A stretch of DNA of 64,000 nucleotides from an uncultured delta proteobacterium (GCA_963737905.1 CAVTUQ010000007.1:64001-128000); one strand, 5' to 3'. Counted from the first letter of the stretch, positions 29,092-39,484 are shown. Notes: generated by a model not told the origin, from the letters alone. Made by a program: numbers and translations.

Positions 29092-31527
29092 TCAAGAAAT
29101 GGATTTTGAGGACGGCACCAGAAATAGTAGCTTTTCCACGGGTGCCTGCTCCTGAGTTTCGATTCTAACATAACCTCCCGCACGCCAAAGCGCGGTCTGA
29201 TCGCTGTAATGGGGTGAAACGAGGTGGCCGGATTGTCCGGACGCAATAATAAAACCCGATTGCTGCCAGGCGCCGACGTCAACGATAAGCCGCAGTGAAG
29301 CCCCCACTATATGGCCGTAGGGGTTAGAATGCCGGTAGAAACCGGTGTTGATCGTCGTGCCGTCACCAGGGGATGGAAACGGACCAATGCTCAGCAAGGG
29401 CCGCAGCGGTTGGACTCGACCCAAAGCGTGATTTAACACCAGCCTGTGAATTTTTCCCCATTGCCAAAGCTTCACATCCTCGCCGAGGCTCATCTTCAAT
29501 TCTTCACACGCTTCTTGGAGGGACTTTGCCACAAGCTCTTGCCGTGAGCGAGTTGAAAACCAGCGAGAGTTGGGATCTCTCAGGATTTGATAGGTCGGCA
29601 TCAAGCATTGGTTGAAAATTTCGACGTAAGCCGAGAAGAGATCCTCGCCTAGAGCGGGGACGAGTAAGTTTGACATGAGGCGGTGTTGGAATACGTGAAA
29701 AATAGCCGCCTCAACGCTTTCTTCATCGCACGTACCGTCCCAGCCGATGAGCCGATCCGCGGCAGTCCGGAATTGGGTACTCTTCTCCGAAACTCGAGCG
29801 AGATCGTTTTTCAAAGTCTCGATCAACTCTGTAGCATAAAGCGAAACGCAATCGTTTTGCATCGCCTCCATGTCGTTAATGGACAAAGATTTTTTAACGG
29901 TCAAAAGTTCTTTGATTCGGCGAATTCGAGATGGTGGCTCAAAAAAATGGGACAAATAGTGGGGATAGGACGCGTCGACAATGCGATGATTGGCTGTCGC
30001 GATTACCCCCTCAGGCGGATTGTAGATCCGCGGCAGTTCGTTGAAAGGAATGTAGCCATACCAATCGTTCTCATCGATGGAGCCGTCTAGGGGCAGCAAA
30101 GACGGAATCCGCCGTCGCAAGGGAATTTTGCCAGCCAGACTGTAGCCGATGTTACCGAGGGAATCAGCGTAAACGTAATTCAATGTCGGAGCATGGTGAT
30201 AAGCAAGGCTCTCCAGGAATTCGTGCCAATCGCGCGCTTGGTTCACGCCATACAGACAGCGAAAGTCCTCGCTTGGCACATGGGCCGTCCAACGGAGCGA
30301 GAGGACGGGTGACGAGTCCGGCCGGTTGCCAAAATCACTAATGACCGGTCCATGGCGGGTTGATCGCACAATTTTTCTGACGTCGCCCCTGCGCCGCACT
30401 TTAATGATTTCTTCGCGACGCTCCATCGTGAACCACTGGTCTCCGATGAGATAGCGATCACGGACTTGCGGATCCGTTTTTTCCCTGTACAGTTCGACAT
30501 CGTCGCAGACGGCCGCGGTTACGCCCCAAGAGATCCAGCGATTATGCCCCAATTGAACACACGGAGAGCCTGGGATTGAGGCGCCCCACACTTCATAACC
30601 TTCAGGCTGGGTCGTCGATGTTTCGGCTTTTAAATGCATCAAGTACCAGATCGATGGAATCGTCAGGCGTAGATGCGGATCGTTGCATAGAATGGCGCGG
30701 CCTGTGGCGGAGCGGCTCGGAGCGACGACCCAATTGTTGCTGCCGTGACCGGCGGCACTCCACTCACTCCGAGCGAAGGCACCATTCATGAATTGCCAGA
30801 TGCTTTGAGCCGAGTTCCATACGGCTTGGGTTATGGTTGGTCCATCGTCCGGGTATGTTGGACAAAGCGAGCGGAGCATCTCCTGATGATTCTCCAACTT
30901 GGCGGCGATCGCGATCGTGTTGAGTCGGGTGAAAAGAGCGGTTGAGAGAAGGAACGCGAACCCCTTTCCGATGATTAAAGTATCTTGCGGGCTCCAGGGC
31001 TCCGGCTCATACCGAAGGAGGCGAAATTCCCAGGGCAGTCTCCTGCCGCACTGCTCGATGTATCGATTGACACCTTGGCTATAAGCACGGAGTCGTCGGT
31101 GCTCATGTTCGGATGCAAGCTCAAGGGACGCCGCGGCCGAGTGTTGGATACCCATGAGCCTCATGAAGTAATCGAAATCGGGGCTGGTTTGTCCACGAAA
31201 CTGGCTGGATAATTCCTTCCAAGGCACCGGGAAGTTGCCGAATATCTCGGCCAGCCGGCCAGAGAGGAAGCGCCGGCTCAGATCCATCTGCCAGAGTCGC
31301 TCCTGGGCGTGCAAATAGCCTTGAGCGAGGAATAAATCCTCCTCATTGCCCGCAAAAGCGTGGGGGATTCCGTAAGTGCCCCAGCGTACTTTGACTTTGT
31401 CTCTTAGCCCAGCAAGCTCCAGGCTTCCCCTATACTTTGGGAAGGAACCCCTATCGAGGAAGCGAATGAAAGGGCGAAGGAGAGCCGAAAAGACAGTTGG
31501 AACAAAGCCGCTCTTCGGCGTCTCCAT
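29092..31527 (-). CDS. Penicillin acylase family Ntn-hydrolase
   Basis: GYLHAQERLWQMDLSRR, GSNNWVV, CNDPHL, GQSGH. Confidence 0.94.
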   Translation of the reverse strand: METPKSGFVPTVFSALLRPFIRFLDRGSFPKYRGSLELAGLRDKVKVRWGTYGIPHAFAGNEEDLFLAQGYLHAQERLWQMDLSRRFLSGRLAEIFGNFPVPWKELSSQFRGQTSPDFDYFMRLMGIQHSAAASLELASEHEHRRLRAYSQGVNRYIEQCGRRLPWEFRLLRYEPEPWSPQDTLIIGKGFAFLLSTALFTRLNTIAIAAKLENHQEMLRSLCPTYPDDGPTITQAVWNSAQSIWQFMNGAFARSEWSAAGHGSNNWVVAPSRSATGRAILCNDPHLRLTIPSIWYLMHLKAETSTTQPEGYEVWGASIPGSPCVQLGHNRWISWGVTAAVCDDVELYREKTDPQVRDRYLIGDQWFTMERREEIIKVRRRGDVRKIVRSTRHGPVISDFGNRPDSSPVLSLRWTAHVPSEDFRCLYGVNQARDWHEFLESLAYHHAPTLNYVYADSLGNIGYSLAGKIPLRRRIPSLLPLDGSIDENDWYGYIPFNELPRIYNPPEGVIATANHRIVDASYPHYLSHFFEPPSRIRRIKELLTVKKSLSINDMEAMQNDCVSLYATELIETLKNDLARVSEKSTQFRTAADRLIGWDGTCDEESVEAAIFHVFQHRLMSNLLVPALGEDLFSAYVEIFNQCLMPTYQILRDPNSRWFSTRSRQELVAKSLQEACEELKMSLGEDVKLWQWGKIHRLVLNHALGRVQPLRPLLSIGPFPSPGDGTTINTGFYRHSNPYGHIVGASLRLIVDVGAWQQSGFIIASGQSGHLVSPHYSDQTALWRAGGYVRIETQEQAPVEKLLFLVPSSKSIS

Positions 31528-31577
31528 CAGTTATCGGAAAAATAAGTGGCGGGAAAGGAGTTGCTGTTGTCCGCCCT

Positions 31578-32180
31578 TCAAAGAATGGCCTTCACCGAGG
31601 GGCGATCTTTCATTCTCTGCAGGTATTTTCCCAGCCGGGGTAGAGAGGCGTCGGGAAGAACGCCGAACCCCTCCAGTCTTGTGAAGCGGGGTAGGAGATC
31701 AGCATCTGCGAGGGAGAAGTCGCCCACTAGATAGGACTGGTCGCCAAGCTCATCTTCAAGACGCTGCAGGAGTTTTCGGAGATCGCTCTTCGCCGTGTCG
31801 ATGACTTGTTGATTCTGTTCCTTGGGGTCCTTCGTAACTTCCACGCGCAGCTTTTGATATGCCCCGTCGAGGTGAGCCAGTCCGTAGTCGGTCAGGATGC
31901 GGGCCTTCGCGCGTTTCCCTAGATCCGCCGGCATCAAGGGAGGGTTGGGATATTTTTCGTCCAGGTATTCGTTGATAATGCACGATTCGTAAAGAACTGT
32001 GCCGTCATCGGTTAGAACAGGAACTTTTCCGTAAGGATTGAGCTTGAGGTACTCGGGCGTTTTTTGTTCCTGTTTCCGCAGGTCAATGGGCACGATTTCG
32101 TAGGGTAGATTTTTTTCCGCCAGGACGATCTTTACGCGCTGGCAATTGGGCGAGGACTTGAAGTCATAAAGCTTGATCAT
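31578..32180 (-). CDS. Glutathione S-transferase family protein (Ser-type, SPNC)
   Basis: MIKLYDFKSSPNCQRVKIVLAEK, NPYGKVPVL, YESCIINEYLDE. Confidence 0.93.
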   Translation of the reverse strand: MIKLYDFKSSPNCQRVKIVLAEKNLPYEIVPIDLRKQEQKTPEYLKLNPYGKVPVLTDDGTVLYESCIINEYLDEKYPNPPLMPADLGKRAKARILTDYGLAHLDGAYQKLRVEVTKDPKEQNQQVIDTAKSDLRKLLQRLEDELGDQSYLVGDFSLADADLLPRFTRLEGFGVLPDASLPRLGKYLQRMKDRPSVKAIL

Positions 32181-32343
32181 TCTTCGTCTCCTTTCTGAAT
32201 CGATATCGAAATTCGGCAATCGCTCACCAGAAACCTTATACTAGGATTCACCGCAAAGGAAAAGCGCTCGACGCGGTGAAAGTGACTTGATCTAGTGTCG
32301 GTTTGGTGTTAAGCGGGTTACTCGTTTGGATTGAAAAATTACC

Positions 32344-32865
32344 GTGACTGCAGAAGACGCCGCAAAAACCATTTTCAACGGCTTGAAGGAGGCCGGCATC
32401 AATCTGATCGTCACTTTACCGGATATTAATCTGGCACAGCTGCTTCATGAAGTTGAAGCGGATCGGGATGTCATGCACGTTCCGCTGTGCCGCGAGGAGG
32501 AGGGGATCGGTATCTGCGCCGGCGCTTATTTAGTCGGAAAGAAATGCGCCGCGATTATGCAGAACGGGGGGTTCTTCAACAGCAATAACGCCATTGTAAC
32601 GACGTTGTTGCAGTACCAGATCCCGCTATTACTTCTCATTTACTATGCCGGTGACATAGGTGATCGCACGTTCAGTACTTCCGGCCGCCTGACGGAGCCC
32701 GTGCTCCAGGCGTTGGGGATTCGGCATTACGTCATGCGAGAACCCGGTGATGCTCCCGAGTTAATTAAACGAGCCCAGATTCTGGCTGAGGATTCCCGAT
32801 GCCCTGTAGCCCTGCTATTGACGAAGGAAAGTCTCGGGCGTCGAACCTCCCTCAAGTCACTGTAG
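32344..32865 (+). CDS. Sulfopyruvate decarboxylase alpha-subunit-like (ComD-like)
   Basis: TLPD, CREEEGIGICAGAYL, MQNGG, YQIPLLLLI. Confidence 0.82.
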   Translation: MTAEDAAKTIFNGLKEAGINLIVTLPDINLAQLLHEVEADRDVMHVPLCREEEGIGICAGAYLVGKKCAAIMQNGGFFNSNNAIVTTLLQYQIPLLLLIYYAGDIGDRTFSTSGRLTEPVLQALGIRHYVMREPGDAPELIKRAQILAEDSRCPVALLLTKESLGRRTSLKSL

Positions 32866-32906
32866 AGCGCCGGCGCGATAAGCAGCGCTAATACACCGAA
32901 CCACAG

Positions 32907-33512
32907 ATGAAAAGATTTGACTGTTTAAGAGCTATTGCTGAGAACGCCGCGAATGCTCTCGTCGTAACCTCCGCCGGAGCCGTCACGTTGGAGTGGAACG
33001 CGCTACGACCCAGCGACGGTAATTTTCGGGTGCGCACTTTGGGGCTTTGCTCCTCCATCGCTTTGGGCATGGCATTAGGCTTGCCGCGGCGGAAGGTTAT
33101 TGCTCTCGACGGCGATGGATCGTTGTTGATGAATTTGTGTTCGTTACCCACCCTCGCTCGTATGCGACCGAAGAACTTGGTTCACATTGTGTTCGACAAT
33201 GAGGTGTACGAGGCTTCGGGTAGTAAAAAAACGGCGACGTCGGCCGGTACGGATCTCGTTGGAATAGCTCGCGCCGCAGGGATTCGACAGGCGCTATGGG
33301 CGCATTCCCTGGATGACTTTGCCAAGGTCGCTTCGGACGCTATAAACGGTGATGAGCTTTTTTTCATCGGGGCCAAAGTGACGACGGACCGCACGGAAGT
33401 GCCGCCGTATCCGATGGATGAAGTCGAGAATAAGTATCGATTCATCAGGCATGTGGAAAAAACTGAAAAAATAGCGATTCTTAAAACCAACTTACCGGCC
33501 AGCTATAGTTAA
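32907..33512 (+). CDS. TPP-binding decarboxylase beta-subunit-like (ComE-like)
   Basis: ALDGDGSLLMNL...VFDNEVY TPP motif. Confidence 0.85.
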   Translation: MKRFDCLRAIAENAANALVVTSAGAVTLEWNALRPSDGNFRVRTLGLCSSIALGMALGLPRRKVIALDGDGSLLMNLCSLPTLARMRPKNLVHIVFDNEVYEASGSKKTATSAGTDLVGIARAAGIRQALWAHSLDDFAKVASDAINGDELFFIGAKVTTDRTEVPPYPMDEVENKYRFIRHVEKTEKIAILKTNLPASYS

Positions 33513-33542
33513 CCTCTGCCTTAGGTCGACTCGGTGAGGTCC

Positions 33543-34574
33543 ATGAAGATTGATATTGAATTCAATTCCGGTGCTCAATTGCCCATGGATGCTATTCCGG
33601 AGCTCGCTCAGCTCGCGGAGAAGCATGGATTTGATTGCGCCTGGGGCGGCGAGGCAAACAATAAGGATCCCACGGTCATGCTTGCGGCCATCGCGGCTGT
33701 CACGACTCGGCTCAAGGTGGGTTCGGCGGTCTATCACATTCTGGGACGCACGCCTGCCACATTGGCACTCCAGGCAGCGGGCCTTGATGAGCTTTCGTCG
33801 GGGCGTTTTTTGCTGGGTATCGGTTCATCCAATCCGACGATCGCTAGCTGGCACGGGCAAACCCTCGATCACCCATTGGGCCGAGTTGAGGAATATCTGG
33901 AAATCGTTCGCGCCGCGATGCGCGGTGACAAAGTTAATTTTGATGGCAAGTTTTTTTCAGCCCGTAGCTTCAAAATGGCTTTTCTTCCCTCAGGGCGCAG
34001 CATTCCAATCTATCTGGCGGCGTTCGGCCCCAAAATGACCCGATTGGCTGGTAGAGTGACCGATGGTGTCTTGATAAACATGGCCAATCCGATGGAAGTA
34101 AGTCGAATTGTCGAAGAGGTTAGACGCGGCGCCGAAGAGACAGGTAAAGATCCTTCGGCCATGGAGATCATATGCAAAATCCGTTGTTCTGTCGCTAACA
34201 GCTATGGGGCTGCCCGGGAAGCGCTGAGTCACGCGCTTACTTATTATGCTCTCGCAGATTACTACAGAGATTTATTGACGCGAATGGGTTTCGGCGAGGA
34301 AATTGAACGTATGCGAGCAGCTTGGAAGTCGGGTGGTTTTCATGCAGCGCGGAGATTGATCACGGACCGGCTTTTCGAAGGATTGCCTCTGGTCGCGGCA
34401 ATGTCAGCGGAAGAAATAGTAGAACAGATAAAACCTTACCAGCGGGCGGGAGCAACCAGGATTATTCTTCCCTACGTTGCCGCATCCGACGACGTCGTGA
34501 GCGAGATGAGACATTTCATTACTTGTTGGAGCTCGGTCGCGAGTGAATTGACCCCCGCGCGAAAAGGAGATTGA
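33543..34574 (+). CDS. LLM-class (Mer-like) oxidoreductase
   Basis: AQLAEKHGFDCAW, SGRFLLGIG, PIYLAAFGPKMTRLAG. Confidence 0.9.
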   Translation: MKIDIEFNSGAQLPMDAIPELAQLAEKHGFDCAWGGEANNKDPTVMLAAIAAVTTRLKVGSAVYHILGRTPATLALQAAGLDELSSGRFLLGIGSSNPTIASWHGQTLDHPLGRVEEYLEIVRAAMRGDKVNFDGKFFSARSFKMAFLPSGRSIPIYLAAFGPKMTRLAGRVTDGVLINMANPMEVSRIVEEVRRGAEETGKDPSAMEIICKIRCSVANSYGAAREALSHALTYYALADYYRDLLTRMGFGEEIERMRAAWKSGGFHAARRLITDRLFEGLPLVAAMSAEEIVEQIKPYQRAGATRIILPYVAASDDVVSEMRHFITCWSSVASELTPARKGD

Positions 34575-34578
34575 CTTA

Positions 34579-34980
34579 ATGCCGTTCGAGCTGTTGAACC
34601 CTAAAGAACTGGAACCTCCCGTGGGCTACGCGCATGTGGCCAAAGTGACCGGAGGAAATATCGTTTACGTCGCCGGCCAAGCGCCTTTTGATGACAAAGG
34701 GCAAGTCGTGGGCAAGGGGGACTTCGTCGCGCAGTTCGCCCAGGTCGTAAGGAATCTAAAGACGGCGGTAGAAGCAGCCGGCGGTAGCCCGGACCAATAC
34801 GCTGTTTTGACGATCTATATCACTGACCTGCAGGCCTATCTTAACAATAAGAAAGCGTTGGGTGGGGCCTATCAAGGGGTGTTCGGAAAATATTTTCCCG
34901 CGATTACACTGGTTCAGGTGGGGAGCCTCTATAACCCAGACTGTATGGTCGAAATCTCTGGTGTCGCTGTGATTGGCTGA
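34579..34980 (+). CDS. RidA/YjgF family protein
   Basis: GYAH, VYVAGQ, FPAITLVQV...VEI. Confidence 0.9.
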   Translation: MPFELLNPKELEPPVGYAHVAKVTGGNIVYVAGQAPFDDKGQVVGKGDFVAQFAQVVRNLKTAVEAAGGSPDQYAVLTIYITDLQAYLNNKKALGGAYQGVFGKYFPAITLVQVGSLYNPDCMVEISGVAVIG

Positions 34981-35127
34981 ACAATCCTTCACTAAGTTGG
35001 TCTGATAGCCATTTCACGACATAAATTGTCATAAAACTTCGACGATCCGGACAATATTCGCCTAAAAAGCGGGCGTCTAGAAATGAGAGAAAGAGCTAAC
35101 CTACGCTTTTTCAAAGAGTTGTGAAGC

Positions 35128-35142
35128 TGGCATTTAGTTTGC
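35128..35142 (+). promoter_or_regulatory. Sigma54 (-24/-12) promoter
   Basis: TGGCA-tttagt-TTGC with exact GG-N10-GC spacing; IHF-like TTTCAAAGAGTTG immediately upstream. Confidence 0.65.
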
Positions 35143-35182
35143 GTCTGGGTATTGCGCAATATCGTGATGAGGACGGTGGTAA

Positions 35183-35395
35183 ATGTTTATGCGATTTAAC
35201 CCGGTTCCAGCACTAGATAGAGAGCGCGATCAGGATATTTTCGAAAGTGTTACGGAGGAAGAGATAATTTACCTGTGGCGTTCCATAAAGGGCAAGGGGC
35301 TCTCGGAGGACGAAGCCTGGCAGGCTATAGTCACAGGCATCGCATTGGACATGGCGTTTGCGAAAACTAAGACCACGAAACAGCTCGAACACTAA
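35183..35395 (+). CDS. Small hypothetical protein
   Basis: 70 aa ORF downstream of the sigma54 motif and a GAGG RBS. Confidence 0.6.
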   Translation: MFMRFNPVPALDRERDQDIFESVTEEEIIYLWRSIKGKGLSEDEAWQAIVTGIALDMAFAKTKTTKQLEH

Positions 35396-35524
35396 TCCAG
35401 CAGCACAAAACTTTCCAGAATACGTTTCTGCCCATTACTTAAGTTTAATCTAGAGATCTTCCCTTACAAAAGTCGCCGCCGCGCATTTTCGCGTAGGTCA
35501 CCTCGGGAGAACCCCGCAGGCAAG

Positions 35525-36019
35525 TCAAGTCTGGGTTGCCTGTGGGTCCGCCACAGCAATTAGCTGTGTCAGCGATCGCCGGTGCATCTCGTGGATAGTT
35601 TTAAGCTCTCGGAGAAGGCCGGCGCCTTCGGGAACCTCCCGGGTGAGAGTAGACTCATATCGAGACAACAGGTCGTCCAGCGCCTTCTGGTCTTCTAGGT
35701 CGCGAATAAGCCGTTGCCAATGATTTTTGCCTGTAGCGGAAGGTTGCGACACTTCTGTGATCGATCCATGAACGTTTTCGATGATTTCTTTCAAGCGGTT
35801 GCCAATGGCGCGCTTCTCACTCGCAATTACGCGGAGGCGCTCCGCCACCTGAGGATAAGGTGCGAGTGCGGCGTGTGATTCAATTTGCTGCGCCAATTGT
35901 GAAATCCGCTGATGGATTAGTTGCAACACATCCACCGGTTCCTGGTATCGCGCGCCATTTTCGGTCATCCGTTCCGGTAGTAGCAATTCTTCCAGCTTTT
36001 TAAAAAAATAGGAAAGCAT
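35525..36019 (-). CDS. Hypothetical helical protein, possibly ferritin-like
   Basis: Amphipathic helical pattern (HAALAPYPQVAERLRVIASE...NHWQRL...DPQA). Confidence 0.6.
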   Translation of the reverse strand: MLSYFFKKLEELLLPERMTENGARYQEPVDVLQLIHQRISQLAQQIESHAALAPYPQVAERLRVIASEKRAIGNRLKEIIENVHGSITEVSQPSATGKNHWQRLIRDLEDQKALDDLLSRYESTLTREVPEGAGLLRELKTIHEMHRRSLTQLIAVADPQATQT

Positions 36020-36151
36020 TATCGTAATCTCTCTGTTTGAGCGCAAGATAGGGTTACGGCTTCATCTTGTCAAGGTGATTCCGTTTGGGAGCAGGTTGAC
36101 TGGATAGAAAGAATCTGGTTCAATCAAGTAAAAATTCTGCAGGAGATCCGG

Positions 36152-36346
36152 ATGTCGCGTATTACTGTTGAAGATTGTCTGAACCAAGTCCCCAGCCGTT
36201 TCGAGCTTGTGATGCTCGCCTCGAAGAGAGCAAGGCAGCTCTTCAAGGGGGCGAAGCCGCTCGTAGAGTCTGATAATCGTGAGGTTGTGGTTGCCCTGCG
36301 TGAGATAGCCGCCGCGAAAGTAAAGCGGAAACCGCAGGAATCCTAA
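36152..36346 (+). CDS. rpoZ: RNA polymerase omega subunit
   Basis: [10 protein letters not shown]...[15 protein letters not shown]...VVALREIA. Confidence 0.96.
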   Translation: MSRITVEDCLNQVPSRFELVMLASKRARQLFKGAKPLVESDNREVVVALREIAAAKVKRKPQES

Positions 36347-36485
36347 CCCGCTTTGTCCGCTCTCCTTTTTTCAAGAACCCGCACAACTGACTGTTTTTGC
36401 TAACGAGTTTTTCGTGGAGGCTGCTTGAAAACCTCCCGACAAACTTGTAGGTCTATTGATTGACGGTGAAGAGTTGGCCGTCGCT

Positions 36486-37448
36486 ATGTCCGAAGACGAA
36501 AAAGCAACGCTCAACGATATTCCTTTTCCTGAGATCGACTTCCCAAAAGAAGTCATCGATAGCGAAGAAGGTGGCGACGCAGACAAGGCGCTTGTCACTT
36601 TTGATCCCCTTCAACGATATCTCGCCGAAATTCGCCGATTCCCTTTACTCACTCGTGAAGAGGAGCACCGGCTTGCGGTTGACTATAAAGAGTACGGTAA
36701 TGTCGAGGCGGCCTATAAGCTGGTTACGGCTAATCTTCGTCTGGTTGTAATGATTGCGCGCGAGTACCAGAAAGCGTTTAAGAATTTGCTCGATCTAATC
36801 CAAGAAGGCAATATGGGGTTGATGGAGGCCGTAAAAAACTTTGATCCGTATCGTGGCGTACGGTTTCCTTCCTATGCAGTCTGGTGGATCCGGGCTTATA
36901 TGATTCGTCATATTATGAATGACTGGCGCATGGTGAAGATCGGTACGACCCAGGCGCAGCGAAAGCTTTTCTTCAATTTGCAGAAGGAAAAGGAAAAAAT
37001 TGAAGCGGAGGGCTTAACGCCTGGTCCGAAACTCCTGGCGCAGCGACTGAATGTTAAAGAAGATGAGGTCGTGGAAATGGAACAGCGGCTTGCCAGCCGT
37101 GACTTATCGGTTGATATGCCGATGGGTGATGATGAAGAGGCAACCTTGCTGCATTTCCTTCCGGATCAAAAGGAGTCGCCGGAAGAGCAAATCGCCGAAA
37201 CCCAATACCAAAGGCTGCTGCGCGAGAAGATGGAACAGTTCGCAGGGACACTCAAGGACAAAGAGCTGGTCATTTTTAGAGAACGCCTTCTTAACGAAGA
37301 GCCCTTGACCCTCAGAGAGATTGGCGAAAAATACGACATCAGCCGGGAAAGGGTTCGGCAGATTGAAGAGCGCGTCAAGCGGAAATTGAAAGCTTTTTTG
37401 AGCAAAGAGCTGAAGGATGTGAGAAGCCCGAGAACTGGAACCGGGTAG
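36486..37448 (+). CDS. rpoH: RpoH-family sigma factor
   Basis: DLIQEGNMGLMEAVKNFDP, RpoH box QRKLFFNL, SRERVRQIE. Confidence 0.9.
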   Translation: MSEDEKATLNDIPFPEIDFPKEVIDSEEGGDADKALVTFDPLQRYLAEIRRFPLLTREEEHRLAVDYKEYGNVEAAYKLVTANLRLVVMIAREYQKAFKNLLDLIQEGNMGLMEAVKNFDPYRGVRFPSYAVWWIRAYMIRHIMNDWRMVKIGTTQAQRKLFFNLQKEKEKIEAEGLTPGPKLLAQRLNVKEDEVVEMEQRLASRDLSVDMPMGDDEEATLLHFLPDQKESPEEQIAETQYQRLLREKMEQFAGTLKDKELVIFRERLLNEEPLTLREIGEKYDISRERVRQIEERVKRKLKAFLSKELKDVRSPRTGTG

Positions 37449-37625
37449 TGTTTCATGGTTTTTATTTGCTGCTGACGTTTATTTATTCACCGTAGCTCCG
37501 GAACGGTCGAAAAAACGCATTTTCATCTTCGCGGCTCGACGCAGGGAGTGTAAAACGCTTACCTAGTGTTGCGAGTTTCAACGACTTCTGATAGCAAAAA
37601 TAATTGCATCTGAGGGGGAAATTCT

Positions 37626-38078
37626 TTGGAGTTTGAAAAAGAAGTGGAGATCCTGGCCCCTAGGCAAAAGGTATGGGATTTTATCTGGGATGTGGATCGA
37701 TTCATCGCCTGTGTTCCAGGGTGCAAGGAAGCGAAAACCCTAGAAGCGGGTAAGCTCTATTCCGCAACTATGATCGAGAAGGTGGGACCCTTTCGTGTGG
37801 AGTTTCCAACCACCATTGAAGTTCTTGAACGGGAAGAGTTGACTTGGATCAAAGCGCGGGCCTCGGGAGCGGATAATAAAATTGGCAGCCGCATGAAGTT
37901 GTCCCTCGATGTGAAGTTACGGGAAGAAGGGGAAAAGACCGTGCTGGGTTTTGTCGCGGGCGTTGACATTTTAGGCAAGCTGGCGGCTTTAGGGCATGGC
38001 ATCATTAAGAGAAAGGCGGATCAGGTGTTGGACGAATTTGCCCAGGCCGTCAAGAAGCGATTGGAAGGAGATTCCTAG
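37626..38078 (+). CDS. CoxG/SRPBCC-family protein
   Basis: VWDFIWD...ACVPGC...GKLAALG...FAQAVK. Confidence 0.85.
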   Translation: MEFEKEVEILAPRQKVWDFIWDVDRFIACVPGCKEAKTLEAGKLYSATMIEKVGPFRVEFPTTIEVLEREELTWIKARASGADNKIGSRMKLSLDVKLREEGEKTVLGFVAGVDILGKLAALGHGIIKRKADQVLDEFAQAVKKRLEGDS

Positions 38079-38079
38079 G

Positions 38080-38943
38080 ATGCTGCGACCGTTTCGCCTG
38101 GAGGCGCCGGAAAGCATAAAGGAGGTCTCCGAATTGCTGGGCCGGTTTGGAGAATCGGCCAAGATCTATGCCGGAGGAACGGAGCTGCTCTTGGCGATGA
38201 AGGAGGGTTTGGTACACTACGAGCGTTTGATAAACGTCAAAAATGTGAAGGGTCTGAACGAAGTCACATCAGACAACGGAATTGTACGCATCGGCGCCCT
38301 TTGCACGCATCATCAATTGGAAACCTCGCCGGTATTACAGCAGAAACTTGCGGCGTTGATGCAATTGGAACAAAACGTCGCCAATGTTCGAGTTCGACAG
38401 GTTGGAACACTCGGTGGCAATCTTTGTTTCGCCGAGCCCCATGCCGATCCGGGAATACTGTTGCTCGCCCTCGGAGCCAGGATGGCTGCGGAGAGAGCCG
38501 GTGTGACGCGCGAAATGACGGCAGAGGAATTTTTTGTCGATGCGTATGAGACATGCTTGGAGGCGGATGAAGTGCTGACAGAGATTCGGGTGCCGGTGCC
38601 ACCAGACAAATCCGGTGTCGCCTACCTTAAGTTTGGCTATCTGGAAAGACCCAGCGTCGGAGTTGCCCTTGCGTTGCGTGTTGATGGGAATGGAAAGTCC
38701 ATTCACGGTGCAACGATTGCCGTGGGTTGCGCGGGTCCTGCACCTAAACGGGTGCCGGAAGCCGAGGAGCAGATCAAGGGAAAAAGTGTCGACGAGGCTA
38801 AAGTGAATATCTTGAAGGCCGGCGAAATCGCTGGGCGCGCCGCGCAAGCTATCAGTGATCTCCACGGCTCTCAGGAATACAAAGAGCATATCGTTGGAGT
38901 GTTGCTCAAACGCGCGTTTCAGAAGGCTTTAAGCCAGTGTTGA
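38080..38943 (+). CDS. Molybdenum hydroxylase FAD subunit (CoxM/CutM-like)
   Basis: YAGGTELL, IGAL, VRQVGTLGGNLCFAEPHAD. Confidence 0.92.
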   Translation: MLRPFRLEAPESIKEVSELLGRFGESAKIYAGGTELLLAMKEGLVHYERLINVKNVKGLNEVTSDNGIVRIGALCTHHQLETSPVLQQKLAALMQLEQNVANVRVRQVGTLGGNLCFAEPHADPGILLLALGARMAAERAGVTREMTAEEFFVDAYETCLEADEVLTEIRVPVPPDKSGVAYLKFGYLERPSVGVALALRVDGNGKSIHGATIAVGCAGPAPKRVPEAEEQIKGKSVDEAKVNILKAGEIAGRAAQAISDLHGSQEYKEHIVGVLLKRAFQKALSQC

Positions 38944-38971
38944 GGGAGCGGTCCAAGGGCAGGGAGGATTG

Positions 38972-39484
38972 ATGTCCAAGGCAATGTCGAGACGTGCAGA
39001 TGCGCAAACCATTCCGATCTCGTTTACACTGAACGGACGGCACCAGGATCTCACGGTAGAGCCTCACGACCTATTGCTGGATGTTGTGCGGGAGCGTTTG
39101 GGCTTGACCGGTGCGAAGCGTTCTTGTGATGTCGAAGTGTGCGGCGCCTGCACGTTGTTGGTGGACGGGCGTCCCGTGAGCGCTTGTACGACCTTAGCGT
39201 TCGAGGTTAGAGATCGTTCGGTGATGACCATCGAAGGCTTGGCCGATAATGGCAAGCTCCATCCTTTGCAGGAAGCTTTCATTGAACACGGTGGATTTCA
39301 GTGTGGATTTTGCACGCCGGGAATGATTCTCGCGGCCAAAGCCTTGCTGGACGAGAACCCCAATCCGACGGAGGACGAATTAAAGCATTTTATGCACGGC
39401 AACATCTGTCGCTGTACCGGCTACAAGAAGATCATCGAGTCGATCATGGCCGCGGCAAAGCTTATGCGCGAAAATCGCACATAA
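38972..39484 (+). CDS. Molybdenum hydroxylase 2Fe-2S subunit (CoxS/CutS-like)
   Basis: CDVEVCGACT...C, QCGFCTPGM, NICRCTGY. Confidence 0.94.
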   Translation: MSKAMSRRADAQTIPISFTLNGRHQDLTVEPHDLLLDVVRERLGLTGAKRSCDVEVCGACTLLVDGRPVSACTTLAFEVRDRSVMTIEGLADNGKLHPLQEAFIEHGGFQCGFCTPGMILAAKALLDENPNPTEDELKHFMHGNICRCTGYKKIIESIMAAAKLMRENRT

